From assembly GCA_963663165.1 (NCBI GenBank), contig OY760175.1:2048001-2112000 (forward strand): a stretch of DNA of 64,000 nt. The letters are read 5' to 3'. The notes under the pieces were generated by a model that saw only the letters and a program-made list of their open reading frames with translations, did no database searches and was not told the origin of the DNA. Shown piece after piece: positions 9,039 through 20,140 of this stretch. Each line of letters begins with the position of its first letter. The first letter of the stretch is position 1. Source of the DNA: an uncultured Desulfospira sp. Its GTDB lineage: Bacteria > Desulfobacterota > Desulfobacteria > Desulfobacterales > Desulfobacteraceae. The translations under genes and the position numbers were made by a program.

Positions 9039-9066
9039 ATAATAAACCGGCCTCAGGGGAAGTCAA
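9039..9066 (-). promoter_or_regulatory. Putative ssrA promoter
   Basis: TTGACT-N16-TATTAT about 30 nt upstream of the mature 5' end. Confidence 0.5.
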
Positions 9067-9077
9067 TCCCCTGCCCG

Positions 9078-9539
9078 TTAATATTTCTTTTTCTCCCGGT
9101 CCAGGTCCCGCTTGACATCCCGCTGTTTGATGGTCTCGCGCTTGTCATACAGTTTTTTGCCCTTGCCAAGTCCGATGAGCACCTTGATTTTGTCGTTCTT
9201 AAAATAAATTTTCAAAGGAACCAGGGTATACCCCTTTTCCTTTATTTTGCCGATCAACTTGCGAATTTCATAATTGTGAAGCAGCAGCTTCCGGGTCCGC
9301 ATGGCCTCGTGATTGGCGTTATAGGCATACTTGTAAGGCGAGATGTGAAGCTGGCGCAAGAACACTTCGCCCCGCTTAATGTCGGCATAGGAATCCTGAA
9401 AGCTGACCCGGCCTTCCCGTATGGACTTGACCTCGGAACCCACCAGAACAATGCCGGCTTCATATTCATCATCAATATGGTAATTGTGCCGGGCTTTTTT
9501 GTTGGAGGCGATTAATTTAATGTAGTCCTTTTCGGTCAT
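9078..9539 (-). CDS. smpB: SsrA-binding protein
   Basis: NKKARHNY, EAGIVLVGSEVKSIR, RKLLLH, GKGKKLYDKRE. Confidence 0.98.
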   Translation of the reverse strand: MTEKDYIKLIASNKKARHNYHIDDEYEAGIVLVGSEVKSIREGRVSFQDSYADIKRGEVFLRQLHISPYKYAYNANHEAMRTRKLLLHNYEIRKLIGKIKEKGYTLVPLKIYFKNDKIKVLIGLGKGKKLYDKRETIKQRDVKRDLDREKKKY

Positions 9540-11311
9540 TGGGCCTCTTCAGGTTCTTTATTGGGAAGGATGTCTTTATAGGCATTCTGGATATGGCGGG
9601 TGATTTCCTCAACCGTCATAAACTTCAGGGCCTGGTCAACTACTTTCTGGTTTTCCCTGACATCCAGGTCCCGGATAATTTTTTTAACCACAGGGATGGA
9701 GGCCGAGTTCATGGACAGGTTTCTTAACCCAAGCCCGATCAGAACCGGAATGTTGATGGGATCGCCGGCCATTTCACCGCACATCACCAGTTCAATGCCG
9801 CTTTGACTGGCCGCATCCACCGTCATTTTAATCATTCTCAGGACCGCCGGGTTCAGGGCCTGGTACAGGTGGGCCACCCGCCGGTTTCTCCGGTCAATGG
9901 CCATGGAGTACTGGATCAGGTCATTGGTCCCGATGCTGAAAAAATCCACCTGGGCAGCCAGCTCCTGGGCCATCATAACCGCTGAGGGCACCTCTATCAT
10001 GATCCCTAGGGGGATATCCTTGTTGAAAATCTTGCTCTCTTCAGTGAGTTTTTGGACGGCCAGGGCAATGGCCTCCTTGACCCGGATAAGCTCTTCAACG
10101 CAGGAAATCATGGGAATGAGCAGCTTGATGTTGCCAAAGGCGGCTGCCCTTAAAATGGCTTTGATCTGGGTAACAAATATGGCCTGATTCTCAAGGCAGA
10201 AGCGGACTGCCCGAAGCCCTAACGCCGGGTTGGCCTCTTCTACCGGATCAATATACGGGTTGAATTTGTCGCCGTTGATGTCAAGGGTTCTGATGGTCAC
10301 CGGCCCAGGATTCATAATTTCAACCAGTTCTTTATACTTTTGCAGCAGCTCTTCCTCTGTGGGGAACCGCTTCAAATCCAGATACAGAAACTCGGTCCTG
10401 AACAGGCCAATACCCGTGGCGCCGTTGTCTTTGGCCGCCACCACCTCTTCCACAAGCTCAATGTTGGCCATCAGGTTAAAGGAGACATTATCCCGGGTCA
10501 CCGCAGGCAGGTGGCTGTCCCGTTCAAGGTTGGCCCGGTAGGCGGCAAACCGTGCCATCCGGTCTTCATATTTGAACAGGGTTTCCTCGTCAGGGTTGAC
10601 AATGATAATCCCGGAAGACCCATCCACAATAAGGATATCATCGTTGTTTATCCTGACCGTTGCTTTCCCAAGCCCCATGACAGAGGGGATTTTCAAAGAT
10701 TTGGCCACAATGGCGGTGTGGGAGTCCCGGCCGCCCCGGTCGGTAATAAAGCCTTTGATGGTTTCCAGCTGGATCTGGCTGGCATCGGCCGGGGTCAGGT
10801 CATGGGCCACCAGAATCACCCGTTTGTCAATGTCGGCTATTTTGATGTCCTTGGCACCGATCAGATAGGACATGATCTTGTCGGAAACCTGGACAATATC
10901 GTTGACCCTGGCCTGAAGATATTCGTCATCCACCTGCTGGAACATGAGCTTGATGTCCCGGGAGACTTTTCTTAAGGCCCATTCCGCATTGATTTTTTCT
11001 GTGGAAATGGTGTCAATGGTCCGGCCGTAAAGCATTTTGTCCTTGAACAGGATCATGTGGGTTTCAAGGATGTTCAGGTTTTCAGTGAAATCAGCCCCCA
11101 AAGACGCAATAATTTTGGCATGGTCATTTTTTGCCCGGGTCACGGCATTTTTAAACCGGTCGATTTCTGCGGGGACCATGGAATCACACAGGGGATACCG
11201 CTCAATGATATTGACCCCTTCCCGCTCCACAAGGTATGCCTTGCCAATACAAATCCCTGGAGAACCGCCGATTCCGCGAAGAACTAACTGTGCCGGGCCA
11301 CCATCACTCAT
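9536..11311 (-). CDS. ptsI: PTS enzyme I
   Basis: SHTAIVA phospho-His motif, GIGLFRTEFLY, EANPALGLRAVR, SIGTNDLIQY, CGEMAG. Confidence 0.96.
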   Translation of the reverse strand: MSDGGPAQLVLRGIGGSPGICIGKAYLVEREGVNIIERYPLCDSMVPAEIDRFKNAVTRAKNDHAKIIASLGADFTENLNILETHMILFKDKMLYGRTIDTISTEKINAEWALRKVSRDIKLMFQQVDDEYLQARVNDIVQVSDKIMSYLIGAKDIKIADIDKRVILVAHDLTPADASQIQLETIKGFITDRGGRDSHTAIVAKSLKIPSVMGLGKATVRINNDDILIVDGSSGIIIVNPDEETLFKYEDRMARFAAYRANLERDSHLPAVTRDNVSFNLMANIELVEEVVAAKDNGATGIGLFRTEFLYLDLKRFPTEEELLQKYKELVEIMNPGPVTIRTLDINGDKFNPYIDPVEEANPALGLRAVRFCLENQAIFVTQIKAILRAAAFGNIKLLIPMISCVEELIRVKEAIALAVQKLTEESKIFNKDIPLGIMIEVPSAVMMAQELAAQVDFFSIGTNDLIQYSMAIDRRNRRVAHLYQALNPAVLRMIKMTVDAASQSGIELVMCGEMAGDPINIPVLIGLGLRNLSMNSASIPVVKKIIRDLDVRENQKVVDQALKFMTVEEITRHIQNAYKDILPNKEPEEAQ

Positions 11312-11595
11312 TTTTCTATTTCTCCAAAACCTTTCTTAAAAAAGGCTTGAATATCATTAATAATGTTTTCATCTTCCAGGGTATCGGCCCTGATTTCAAT
11401 TAAGGCCCCCTTTACCGCATTCAGGGTTAAAATATCGATAATACTTGAGGCATCCACCTGGGACGAACCATTGCACAGCCTGATTTCGCCCTTGGCTTCC
11501 ATGGCCATTGCCGCGATCTTTGCAGCCGGCCTGGCATGCATGCCTAACTCATTGATAATGGTGGCCTTCAGAGACAATACCGCTTCTTTTTTCAA
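11308..11595 (-). CDS. ptsH: Phosphocarrier HPr (start uncertain)
   Basis: GMHARPAA (His15) and VDASSIIDIL (Ser46 region). TTG start at 11595 assumed. Confidence 0.92.
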   Translation of the reverse strand: MKKEAVLSLKATIINELGMHARPAAKIAAMAMEAKGEIRLCNGSSQVDASSIIDILTLNAVKGALIEIRADTLEDENIINDIQAFFKKGFGEIEK

Positions 11596-11932
11596 TCTCA
11601 ACCCTTTTATCCGGAAAAATTTTTTTCTCTCTTTATATTTTTCCATTAAAAAAGTCAATGTTATCCGACTGCCAAAACCGGCCAATCGCATGTAACTTTC
11701 ATTCAGTTTAAATTTACCAAATGCAATTTCAGTGCGCCGCACTGAAACCCTGTGTTTCTCTGTGTTGCTCTGGGGTTAATTGAAAAAAAATGGGCAACGC
11801 CCACAATTTTAACAAACCAGGGGGGAATAAAAACATTTCCATCCCTTCGGGACTTCTTGTTTTTAAACCACACAGAGGGGCTATGCCCTAGGACAAGAAC
11901 TAACAGAACCGAACCTGGCCGCATGTCTCCAA

Positions 11933-14900
11933 TCATCCGGTCATCCTGACTTTTGAAGAAAAAAACACGGTGTTTTGGGGAAAAGCCTTTAAGCCCATCC
12001 TGGAGGCAATATCTTTTTTTGCCAGATTAATATTTTGAAATGTTTGCCCCTCTTTGTGCGGCATGCAAAACATTTCTCCCCAATCGTTTAAATATACGGC
12101 ACAATAATCCATGACGTTTTCAGAATACCGGTCCGTATAAAAATTTACGGATACGAACAGACAGGCCACACGGGGCGATACCCTTTCCAAATCCGCATAC
12201 CGGCGGGTTATGGTCCTTGCCTTTAAAAAAAAGTCATTCATGGCATCATAAAGTTTTTTAATGGCGTCATGGGTGACCGGCGTTGGATTAGGAATCAGGT
12301 TAATCATGGGGGATTCTTCATAAAGCTGATTGCTGATGATCCAGGCCCCCATCTCTTCAATGGTTTCACAAATGATCAACGGGGTTTCAAACCGTTTTCC
12401 CGCCGCGGTGTCCGTATAGAACAATTCCCAGCACCAGGCGGATTGGGGCCCGGGCAGACAGCGGATATAAAGCTTTGGAAAATGCCGGTGCCGCCGGGAA
12501 ACCAGCAGCAGTTTTTTTATTTTAAAGGGCTTGGCCTGGAACTCTACCTGGACCTTTCGTTCCAGTATGCTTCTGTCCGATTCTGAAATCATCTGGCCCT
12601 GGGAACTGCTCTTAAATTCCTGATGCACTTTCTGGTATTTTTCCAGCATATACTTTTCCAGTGTTTCAGACAGCCGCCGAAGGGATGCATATTTCCACTG
12701 CCTGAACCGGCCGATTTCAATCATCTTGTCCTGGCTCCATCCCCAATTGGACAGGCATTTATCCAGAATAATCTGCCGTAACCCGAAGGCGGTCCCCTCA
12801 ATTTCCTTTGGGTCTGTGATTTCAAGCTTTAAAAAAAAGCAGGTTAAAATAAGGTTCACAGACCGGGCGTCATTGTTCTGGGTGAAAAAAGCCAGCAGGT
12901 GATTCAGCAGGATAATATAAGAATCGTTCTGGGTGAGCTGAAGTCTTGTACCGCCATTCATCCACTCGTTTTTATACTGGTTGCATAATAAAAATTCTTT
13001 GCCGTAAGAGGCAATATACTTTTCCAGCAAGGCCATTTTAATGATGGATTTAAAGGGACTTTTCAACCATTTAAACATCTGCCACATGGAGGCCCCGAAA
13101 TATTCGTTTACAGGGATGGCGTGGATGTCGCCAAGGTCAATGTACCGTGCCATGGCCGAAATTCTGCCAGTCCGCTCATTGATCAGGTTGTAGTAGTTCA
13201 GGCTGACCGCCGTGGGCAGCACCGCCCACAGGGGCAGGCGGCCGGCCACCTGAATCATGGTCCGGTAGAACTCCTCTTTTAAAAGCCTGGCCTGGGCTGA
13301 GCCGGAACTTTCCGAGCTGAACCCGCCAAAATCGTTGTTCCGGGCGCTTAAAATATCCACCAGAAAAAAGGTGACGCTGATCCTGAATTTTTCCTTTGCC
13401 AGGGTTTCAAGGCAGGACAGTTTGTTTTCAAGCAGGCGGATTTCCTCTGATGTCATCCGGTCTTTATAAATGCAGACCCAGTAATCAATATCTGATTCAC
13501 GGGTCTGGGCAACCGAGCCGATGCTGCCCATGGTAAACACCCCCTCAATCCGGGGGGATGCATTTTTTTTCAGGCGGATGCTCTGTTTGTCCACATACTT
13601 TTCAAGAACCGCAAATATTGGGGGGGGCGGCTGGTAATCGGCAATGCCGCAGGGGGTCCCGGGGTCGGGGCATTTTAAATCCAGAAACTCAATATTTTCA
13701 TGGAGCAGGAACGGAACGGCCTGGAAAAAATCGGCCTGGGCCGGGCGGAAGATATCATAGGCCGTCAACAGGCTGAGCTGATTCTGTTTGAAAAACATCC
13801 CTTCCCCGTGGTGGATAAATTCACAGAAAATCAGTTGGTTAATGGTTTTCACCACCTCATTTTCAATATGGGGAAGGTCGGTTAGATCCGGCTGATACCG
13901 CCGGGCGTTGAACTTCATATCCTGGGACCGAAGTTTTGGCGTTAAATGGGGTGGAAATCGTGAAAATCTGGCCATGGCCCCATGAAAATCGGCATATTCA
14001 AGGCAGGCGTCTAAAAAAGAAACCCCGGAAATTCTGGCATTTGAAAAATCCGCATAATTCAGATGGGTTAAGGAAAATTTGGACCTTGATATTTTGGCAT
14101 CAATGAACAGGCAGCCGGTCATTACCGCCTGGGAAAAATCAGATTCAATGAGGTCAGCCCCCTGAAAACAGCAGTTTTTAAACACGCTTTTCCGGGCCTT
14201 TGTCCGGATCATGACGGCATTGTCAAACCCAATGTTCTCAAACATGGCCTCATCAAAATTAACATTGATCAGGATACAATTTTTAAAATATACGTTTCGA
14301 AAGTATGATCCGGACAGGTCACAGTTTTTTAATGTGGCATCACCAAAAAAAACGGGGGCCCCGGAAAAGGTCCGGTTTGACAAATCCTCGCCTTCAATGA
14401 CCTGGCCTTTAAAGTTCAGGCTTTCTTTCTGTTCAGCGTTTCTCAGCTCTTTGAGCCGTTTTTCTTCGGGCGACTTAAGCAGGGAAAACCGCCTTGCTTT
14501 AGGGGCGGCTTTGGGCGGTTGCCCGGACTTGCCCAAAAAGGAAGCCCCAGCCTGTTCAATATTCTTTTTTTCCTTTGCCAGCAGGGTCCGGGCCTTTTCT
14601 AAAAAGTGGGCCGTATCCGGGTTTAAGGCCTCTTTGTTGCGGGCAAAATTCTCGGCAATGGCCCGGGCCACACGCTCGGGCCTTTTCCTGACCATGCCCA
14701 GCACACAGGCAAGGTTGATATCCGGCAGCTGTTCAAGATACCATTCCTGGTTTAAGGCAATATCCTGGATGACCATAAACGAAACCCGGGACAACTGTGA
14801 AATGTGTTCGCGGATGCCGGGCAGAAATTCAGGATATTTTTCCTTGATCAGGCAGATGATTTTCCGGGGGGGCATTTTGCCCGTCACCACCAGGGCCTTG

Positions 14901-15811
14901 AAGCACTGAACCCCTTCTGACGGATCACAGGCGTCCAGCTGTTTTAAAATCGGATCAAACATCTGGGGATACACCCCTACCGCTGAATTCTCCACGATCT
15001 GATACACAACGGTTCTCAGCTTTTTCACATCCTGGTTTTCAAGGGTTTGGGAAAGCACCTGCCAGGGGACTTTGTCCGCGACGACGGCCAGGGCTTTGAG
15101 CCCGACGGCTTTAACCGCCGGAAAATTTGAAGCCGCCTCATTTTCAAGCAGGCTGTCCGCTGAGCGCAACCGGGGTTTGATATGGTTTAAGAACGGGTCG
15201 ACATCCTGATTCAGGTCAAACAGCCCGGCATAATACGCGGTCACCGTTTCCCGGCTTTGGACCCGCTTTAATATGGGTTTAAACAGTTCCGCATAGGCCA
15301 GGCGGATCTCCGGGCTTTCACTGATGTACCGGCCCGTAAAATTCAAACGAAGGGGATCGGAAGCCGTATAAAGAATCTTTTGGACGGTATCCTCACTCAC
15401 CGACTCAAGCAGCAGCGCCTTAAAGGCAAATCCCGCCCCCCGTTCACCAAGTTCCAGGAGAAGTTTGAACAGATAGCTTTGTTCATCAAACCGCATCCCG
15501 GGACGGATCTGCTGAAAAATTTTAGCCCCCACCCGGGCCGACTCCCTGATCCCGGCGGCATAATTTTCTTTATCTTCAGGCAAAGATAAGAGCCCCTGAA
15601 TCCGCTGGATGATCTGATTTAACAAGGTCCTTGCCAGGGAGCGCATCTCAAATTGATAGGACAATACCCCCTCTAAGGCCGGAAGGACCGCCAAAGACGG
15701 GGCAAGTTCATGGGCGGATTTCAGCAGGCTGACTTTCTGATTTTCATTTAATTTGTTCCATATGGCGTCAAATGTATCATGGGTAATTTCAATTTCAGGG
15801 GATGGGGGCAT
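11933..15811 (-). CDS. cyaA: Class I adenylate cyclase with N-terminal helical-repeat and pentapeptide-repeat regions
   Basis: MGSIGSVAQTRESDIDYWV, LLKEEFYRT and EYFGASMWQMFKWLKSPFKS match class I cyclase signatures. Pentapeptide run upstream (FQGADLIESDFSQAVMTGC). Start uncertain. Confidence 0.85.
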   Translation of the reverse strand: MPPSPEIEITHDTFDAIWNKLNENQKVSLLKSAHELAPSLAVLPALEGVLSYQFEMRSLARTLLNQIIQRIQGLLSLPEDKENYAAGIRESARVGAKIFQQIRPGMRFDEQSYLFKLLLELGERGAGFAFKALLLESVSEDTVQKILYTASDPLRLNFTGRYISESPEIRLAYAELFKPILKRVQSRETVTAYYAGLFDLNQDVDPFLNHIKPRLRSADSLLENEAASNFPAVKAVGLKALAVVADKVPWQVLSQTLENQDVKKLRTVVYQIVENSAVGVYPQMFDPILKQLDACDPSEGVQCFKALVVTGKMPPRKIICLIKEKYPEFLPGIREHISQLSRVSFMVIQDIALNQEWYLEQLPDINLACVLGMVRKRPERVARAIAENFARNKEALNPDTAHFLEKARTLLAKEKKNIEQAGASFLGKSGQPPKAAPKARRFSLLKSPEEKRLKELRNAEQKESLNFKGQVIEGEDLSNRTFSGAPVFFGDATLKNCDLSGSYFRNVYFKNCILINVNFDEAMFENIGFDNAVMIRTKARKSVFKNCCFQGADLIESDFSQAVMTGCLFIDAKISRSKFSLTHLNYADFSNARISGVSFLDACLEYADFHGAMARFSRFPPHLTPKLRSQDMKFNARRYQPDLTDLPHIENEVVKTINQLIFCEFIHHGEGMFFKQNQLSLLTAYDIFRPAQADFFQAVPFLLHENIEFLDLKCPDPGTPCGIADYQPPPPIFAVLEKYVDKQSIRLKKNASPRIEGVFTMGSIGSVAQTRESDIDYWVCIYKDRMTSEEIRLLENKLSCLETLAKEKFRISVTFFLVDILSARNNDFGGFSSESSGSAQARLLKEEFYRTMIQVAGRLPLWAVLPTAVSLNYYNLINERTGRISAMARYIDLGDIHAIPVNEYFGASMWQMFKWLKSPFKSIIKMALLEKYIASYGKEFLLCNQYKNEWMNGGTRLQLTQNDSYIILLNHLLAFFTQNNDARSVNLILTCFFLKLEITDPKEIEGTAFGLRQIILDKCLSNWGWSQDKMIEIGRFRQWKYASLRRLSETLEKYMLEKYQKVHQEFKSSSQGQMISESDRSILERKVQVEFQAKPFKIKKLLLVSRRHRHFPKLYIRCLPGPQSAWCWELFYTDTAAGKRFETPLIICETIEEMGAWIISNQLYEESPMINLIPNPTPVTHDAIKKLYDAMNDFFLKARTITRRYADLERVSPRVACLFVSVNFYTDRYSENVMDYCAVYLNDWGEMFCMPHKEGQTFQNINLAKKDIASRMGLKAFPQNTVFFSSKVRMTG

Positions 15812-15899
15812 ATGACTTGTTTTTACATTTTTTATTAAAAATGGTATACGGGGTTGTTTATTTCCAAGTTTTAACCAGAGTATCATAAAACCGGCATTT

Positions 15900-17855
15900 A
15901 TGAAATTATTTGATCAAGAAACGTCAAGGGTCCAGCCAGGTTCCGCCTATGATGCGGAATCCATTGAAATCCTCAAGGGACTGGACCCGGTCCGGCGAAG
16001 ACCGGGCATGTATACAGACACCCAAAGCCCGAACCATCTGGCCTTTGAAGTCATTGACAACAGTGTGGATGAGGCCATTGCCGGCTTTGCCGACACCATC
16101 AGCGTCTGCCTGACAAAAGAAAACAGCCTCCGGGTGTGTGACAACGGCAGGGGCATGCCCGTGGACATCCATCCTGAAGAGGGGATTTCAGGGGTCGAGC
16201 TGATCATGACCAAACTCCACGCCGGGGCCAAATTTTCCAACAAGGATTATGCCTTTTCCGGGGGACTTCACGGGGTGGGGGTGTCGGTTGTCAATGCCCT
16301 TTCCTTAAAAATGGACATTACCATTAAACGGGACGGGAACCAGTATCACATTGAATTTGAAAACGGGGTTAAAACCCGCGACCTTGAAATCACCGGCACG
16401 GCCGGAAAGACTGAAACCGGCACCAGTGTCGAATTTTTTCCCAACCCGGATTATTTTGACTCCCCCAAGTTCTCCACCACGGCCATTAAGGCCGCATTAA
16501 AGTCTAAGGCCGTTCTCTGCCCGGGCCTTAAGGCATTCTTTATCAATGAGGCCACCGGAGAAGAGCAGACCTGGTTTTACGCCTTAGGCCTTGATGCCTA
16601 CCTGTCCGAGCAGATGAAAGAGACCCCCTGCCTGTTTGACACCCCCTTTACCGGCACATATGAAAAAGAGGACTTTCAGATTGTATGGGCTGTGAACTGG
16701 GCGTCTGAACACCGGGATGCTGTTGAGGAAAGCTATGTCAACCTGATTCCCACAAAGCTTGGCGGCACCCACGTCAACGGGTTCAGGTCCGGGCTGCTGG
16801 AATCGGTCAGGGAATTTTGCAAATTCAGAAACCTTCTGCCCAAAGGGCTTTTTCTGGCCCCCGAAGATATCTGGTCCAACGTGGGATATGTGCTGTCGGT
16901 AAAGCTGTCCGACCCCCAGTTCTCAGGCCAGACAAAAGAACGGCTTTCTTCAAGGCATTGTGCCAGCCTGGTCAACATTAATGTCCGGGACCGGTTCAGC
17001 CTCTGGCTTAACCAGAATGTGGCCCAGGGCGAGGCCTTGGCGGAAATGGCCATTGAAAATGCCAGGGCCCGGGTCAGAAAATCCAAAAAAGTGGCCCAGA
17101 AGCAGGCCACCGGCGGCCGGACCCTGCCGGCCAAGCTGTCCGACTGCACCAGTTCTGACCAGCACCTTCGCGAACTCTTCTTTGTGGAGGGAGACTCGGC
17201 CGGAGGCTCCGCCAAACAGGCCAGGGACCGGCGGTTTCAAGCGGTCATGCCCTTGAGGGGGAAAATCATGAACACCTGGGATCTGTCCTCTTCTGAAATT
17301 ATTTCTTCCAAAGAAATCATGGATATTGCCCAGGTTCTCGGGGTAATGCCCGGCCAGGAGGACATTTCCAAATTAAGGTACAACAAAATCTGTATTCTGG
17401 CCGATGCCGATTCAGACGGGCTTCACATCGCCACCTTGCTTTGCGCCCTGTTTCTCAAGCATTTCCCCAAGGTGGTTGAAAAAGGCCATGTATTTATGGC
17501 CATGCCCCCCCTTTACCGGATTGACGCGGGAAAGGAAATCTTTTACGCTCTGGACGATGATGAAAAACAGGCCATTATCAAACGGATAGAACGAAGAAAG
17601 AAAAAGGCCAAAATCAATGTCCAGCGTTTCAAAGGCCTGGGAGAAATGAACCCGTCCCAGCTCAAGGAAACCACCATTGCCCCGGATTCCAGGCGGCTGG
17701 TCCAGCTGCTGGTCAATAATGATGCCGATGAAGAGGGGGCACTTTCCTGGGCCAGGGCCCATGAGGTCATGGACATGCTCCTGGGAAAGAAACGGGCCAA
17801 AGACAGAAAAAAATGGATTGAAACCAACGGCAGCATCAAAGAGATCGCATCATGA
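15900..17855 (+). CDS. parE: DNA topoisomerase IV subunit B
   Basis: [63 protein letters not shown]. No GyrB insert. Confidence 0.95.
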   Translation: MKLFDQETSRVQPGSAYDAESIEILKGLDPVRRRPGMYTDTQSPNHLAFEVIDNSVDEAIAGFADTISVCLTKENSLRVCDNGRGMPVDIHPEEGISGVELIMTKLHAGAKFSNKDYAFSGGLHGVGVSVVNALSLKMDITIKRDGNQYHIEFENGVKTRDLEITGTAGKTETGTSVEFFPNPDYFDSPKFSTTAIKAALKSKAVLCPGLKAFFINEATGEEQTWFYALGLDAYLSEQMKETPCLFDTPFTGTYEKEDFQIVWAVNWASEHRDAVEESYVNLIPTKLGGTHVNGFRSGLLESVREFCKFRNLLPKGLFLAPEDIWSNVGYVLSVKLSDPQFSGQTKERLSSRHCASLVNINVRDRFSLWLNQNVAQGEALAEMAIENARARVRKSKKVAQKQATGGRTLPAKLSDCTSSDQHLRELFFVEGDSAGGSAKQARDRRFQAVMPLRGKIMNTWDLSSSEIISSKEIMDIAQVLGVMPGQEDISKLRYNKICILADADSDGLHIATLLCALFLKHFPKVVEKGHVFMAMPPLYRIDAGKEIFYALDDDEKQAIIKRIERRKKKAKINVQRFKGLGEMNPSQLKETTIAPDSRRLVQLLVNNDADEEGALSWARAHEVMDMLLGKKRAKDRKKWIETNGSIKEIAS

Positions 17856-20121
17856 CACCGTCCCTGCCAACAGACGCCTATGAACAGATTCCCCTCCAGG
17901 AATTTACCCAGAAAGCTTATTTAAACTATTCCATGTACGTGATCCTGGACCGGGCCCTGCCCCACATCGGGGACGGCCTTAAACCGGTTCAGCGGCGGAT
18001 TGTTTACTCCATGAGCCAGCTGGGGCTTTTTGCCACCCAGAAGTTTAAAAAATCCGCCCGGACCGTGGGCGATGTGCTGGGCAAATTCCACCCCCACGGG
18101 GATACGGCCTGCTATGAGGCCATGGTCCTGATGGCCCAGCCCTTTTCCCTGAGGTACCCCTTAGTGGACGGCCAGGGCAACTGGGGGGACCCCAATGACC
18201 CCAAATCCTTTGCCGCCATGCGGTATACGGAATCGCGCCTGTCGCCCTATGCCCAGATTTTTTTAGAAGAACTGGCCGAAGGTACCGTGGACTTTGTGCC
18301 CAACTTTGACGGTACGTTAGAAGAACCCGCCATCCTTCCGGCCCGGCTGCCCAATTTACTGCTCAACGGGACCACCGGCATTGCCGTGGGCATGGCCACC
18401 TCAATTTTGCCCCACAATTTAAGGGAAGTGGCCAAGGCCCTGGTCTGCCTGATCCAGAACGGGGATGCCGACCTTGATGACATCTGCCGGCATATCAAAG
18501 GACCGGATTTCCCCACCCGGGCGGAAATTATCACTCCCCCCCAGGACATTAAAGAGATCTACCGGACCGGCACCGGCCGGATCAAAATGCGGGCTGTCTA
18601 TGACATCCAGGATGGGGAAATTGTCTATACGGCCCTTCCCCACCATGCCTCGGCTGAAAAAATCCATGAACAGATCGCCGCGCAAATGGACGCCAAAAAG
18701 CTGCCCATGGTCAGCGGCATCAGGGATGAATCCGACCATGAAGACCCCACAAGGCTGGTGATCATTCCAAAATCCAGAAATGTGGACCTTATGGCTCTGG
18801 CCGACCATCTGTTCGCCACCACGGACCTGGAAAAGTCCTATTCCGTAAACATGAATATGATCGGCATTGACGGCAGGCCCCAGGTTAAAAGTCTGCTGAC
18901 CATTTTAAAAGAATGGCTTGAATTCCGGGCCGCCACAGTCCGGAAAAAACTTGAATTCCGGCTGACAAAATCCAAAACCGGCTTCACATCCTCGAAGGGT
19001 TTAAAATTGCCTATCTCAACATTGATGAGGTGATCCGGATCATCCGGGAATCAGACGAGCCCCAGGCCGCTCTTATGGACACCTTTGGCTTAACCCAGGT
19101 CCAGGCAAAGGCCATCCTTGACATCCGGCTGCGGCAGCTGGCCCGGCTGGAAGAAATTAAAATTTTAGCAGAAATTAAAGAACTTGAAGGCCAGCGCCAG
19201 ACCCTTGAAAAAATCCTGAACAATGAAGCCGATTTTAAACATTATATCATTGAAGAAATCCAGCAGGATGCCAAGACCTACGGGGATGCCAGAAGGTCTC
19301 CGGTCAAAGAACGAAAAGAAGCCGAAGCCTTTGATGCCACAGATATCATCGACATCACACCGGTGACGGTGGTTCTGTCCAAAAACGGCTGGGTCCGGTC
19401 TGCCAAAGGGCACGACATTGTGCCGGAAAACCTTAAATTCAAAGCCGGGGACGACCTGTTATGCCATTCAAGAACCAAGAGCGACCGGCCCATTGTTTTC
19501 CTGGACGACACCGGCCGAAGCTACACGTTGTTTGCCCATGCCCTGCCCTCTGCCAGGGGGAACGGGGAGCCCCTGACCGGACATCTGACCCTGGGGGCCG
19601 AGGCAAAGATAAGGTTTATGCTCACGGCCGAAGAAACAGACCTTTTTCTGGTGGGCTCGGACAGGGGATACGGCTTTGTCATCAAATTCCCGGACTTTTA
19701 CACCAATTATAAAAATGGCAAGGCCCTGGTCAGCTTAAAACCGGGCAGCGCCCTTCTCGAGCCTGAACCGATAACCAACATGGAAACCGACCAGGTCGCC
19801 GCTGTCACCAACCGGGGCCGGCTGTTGATCTTTTCAATCAAGCAGCTTCCCATGCTCAAGAAAGGACAGGGCAATAAAATTATTGCCATACCGGAAAAAG
19901 AACGGAAGGCCGCCCACCCGGAACGGCTTAAGTTCCTAAAAATATTGCCGGTAAGCGCAAATCTTGTTATACATTCGGGCAAGCATTTTATTCGGCTGGC
20001 ACCGGGCAATCAAAAAGATTACGCCGGGATGCGCGGCCGCAGGGGAAAATTGCTGCCTCGGGGATACCGGAATGTGGACACGGTTGAGGTCAATCTGCCG
20101 GAACAAACAGCTAACGGCTAA
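17852..20121 (+). CDS. parC: DNA topoisomerase IV subunit A, split by a 1-nt frameshift at ~18964
   Basis: [30 protein letters not shown]. One extra G restores [26 protein letters not shown] and joins both ORFs (~756 aa). Confidence 0.93.
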
Positions 20122-20135
20122 CAGCTAACAGCTAA
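20106..20135 (+). repeat. Heptamer tandem repeat (AACRGCT)x4
   Basis: AACAGCT AACGGCT AACAGCT AACAGCT spanning the parC stop codon. Confidence 0.85.
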
Positions 20136-20140
20136 AAAAT

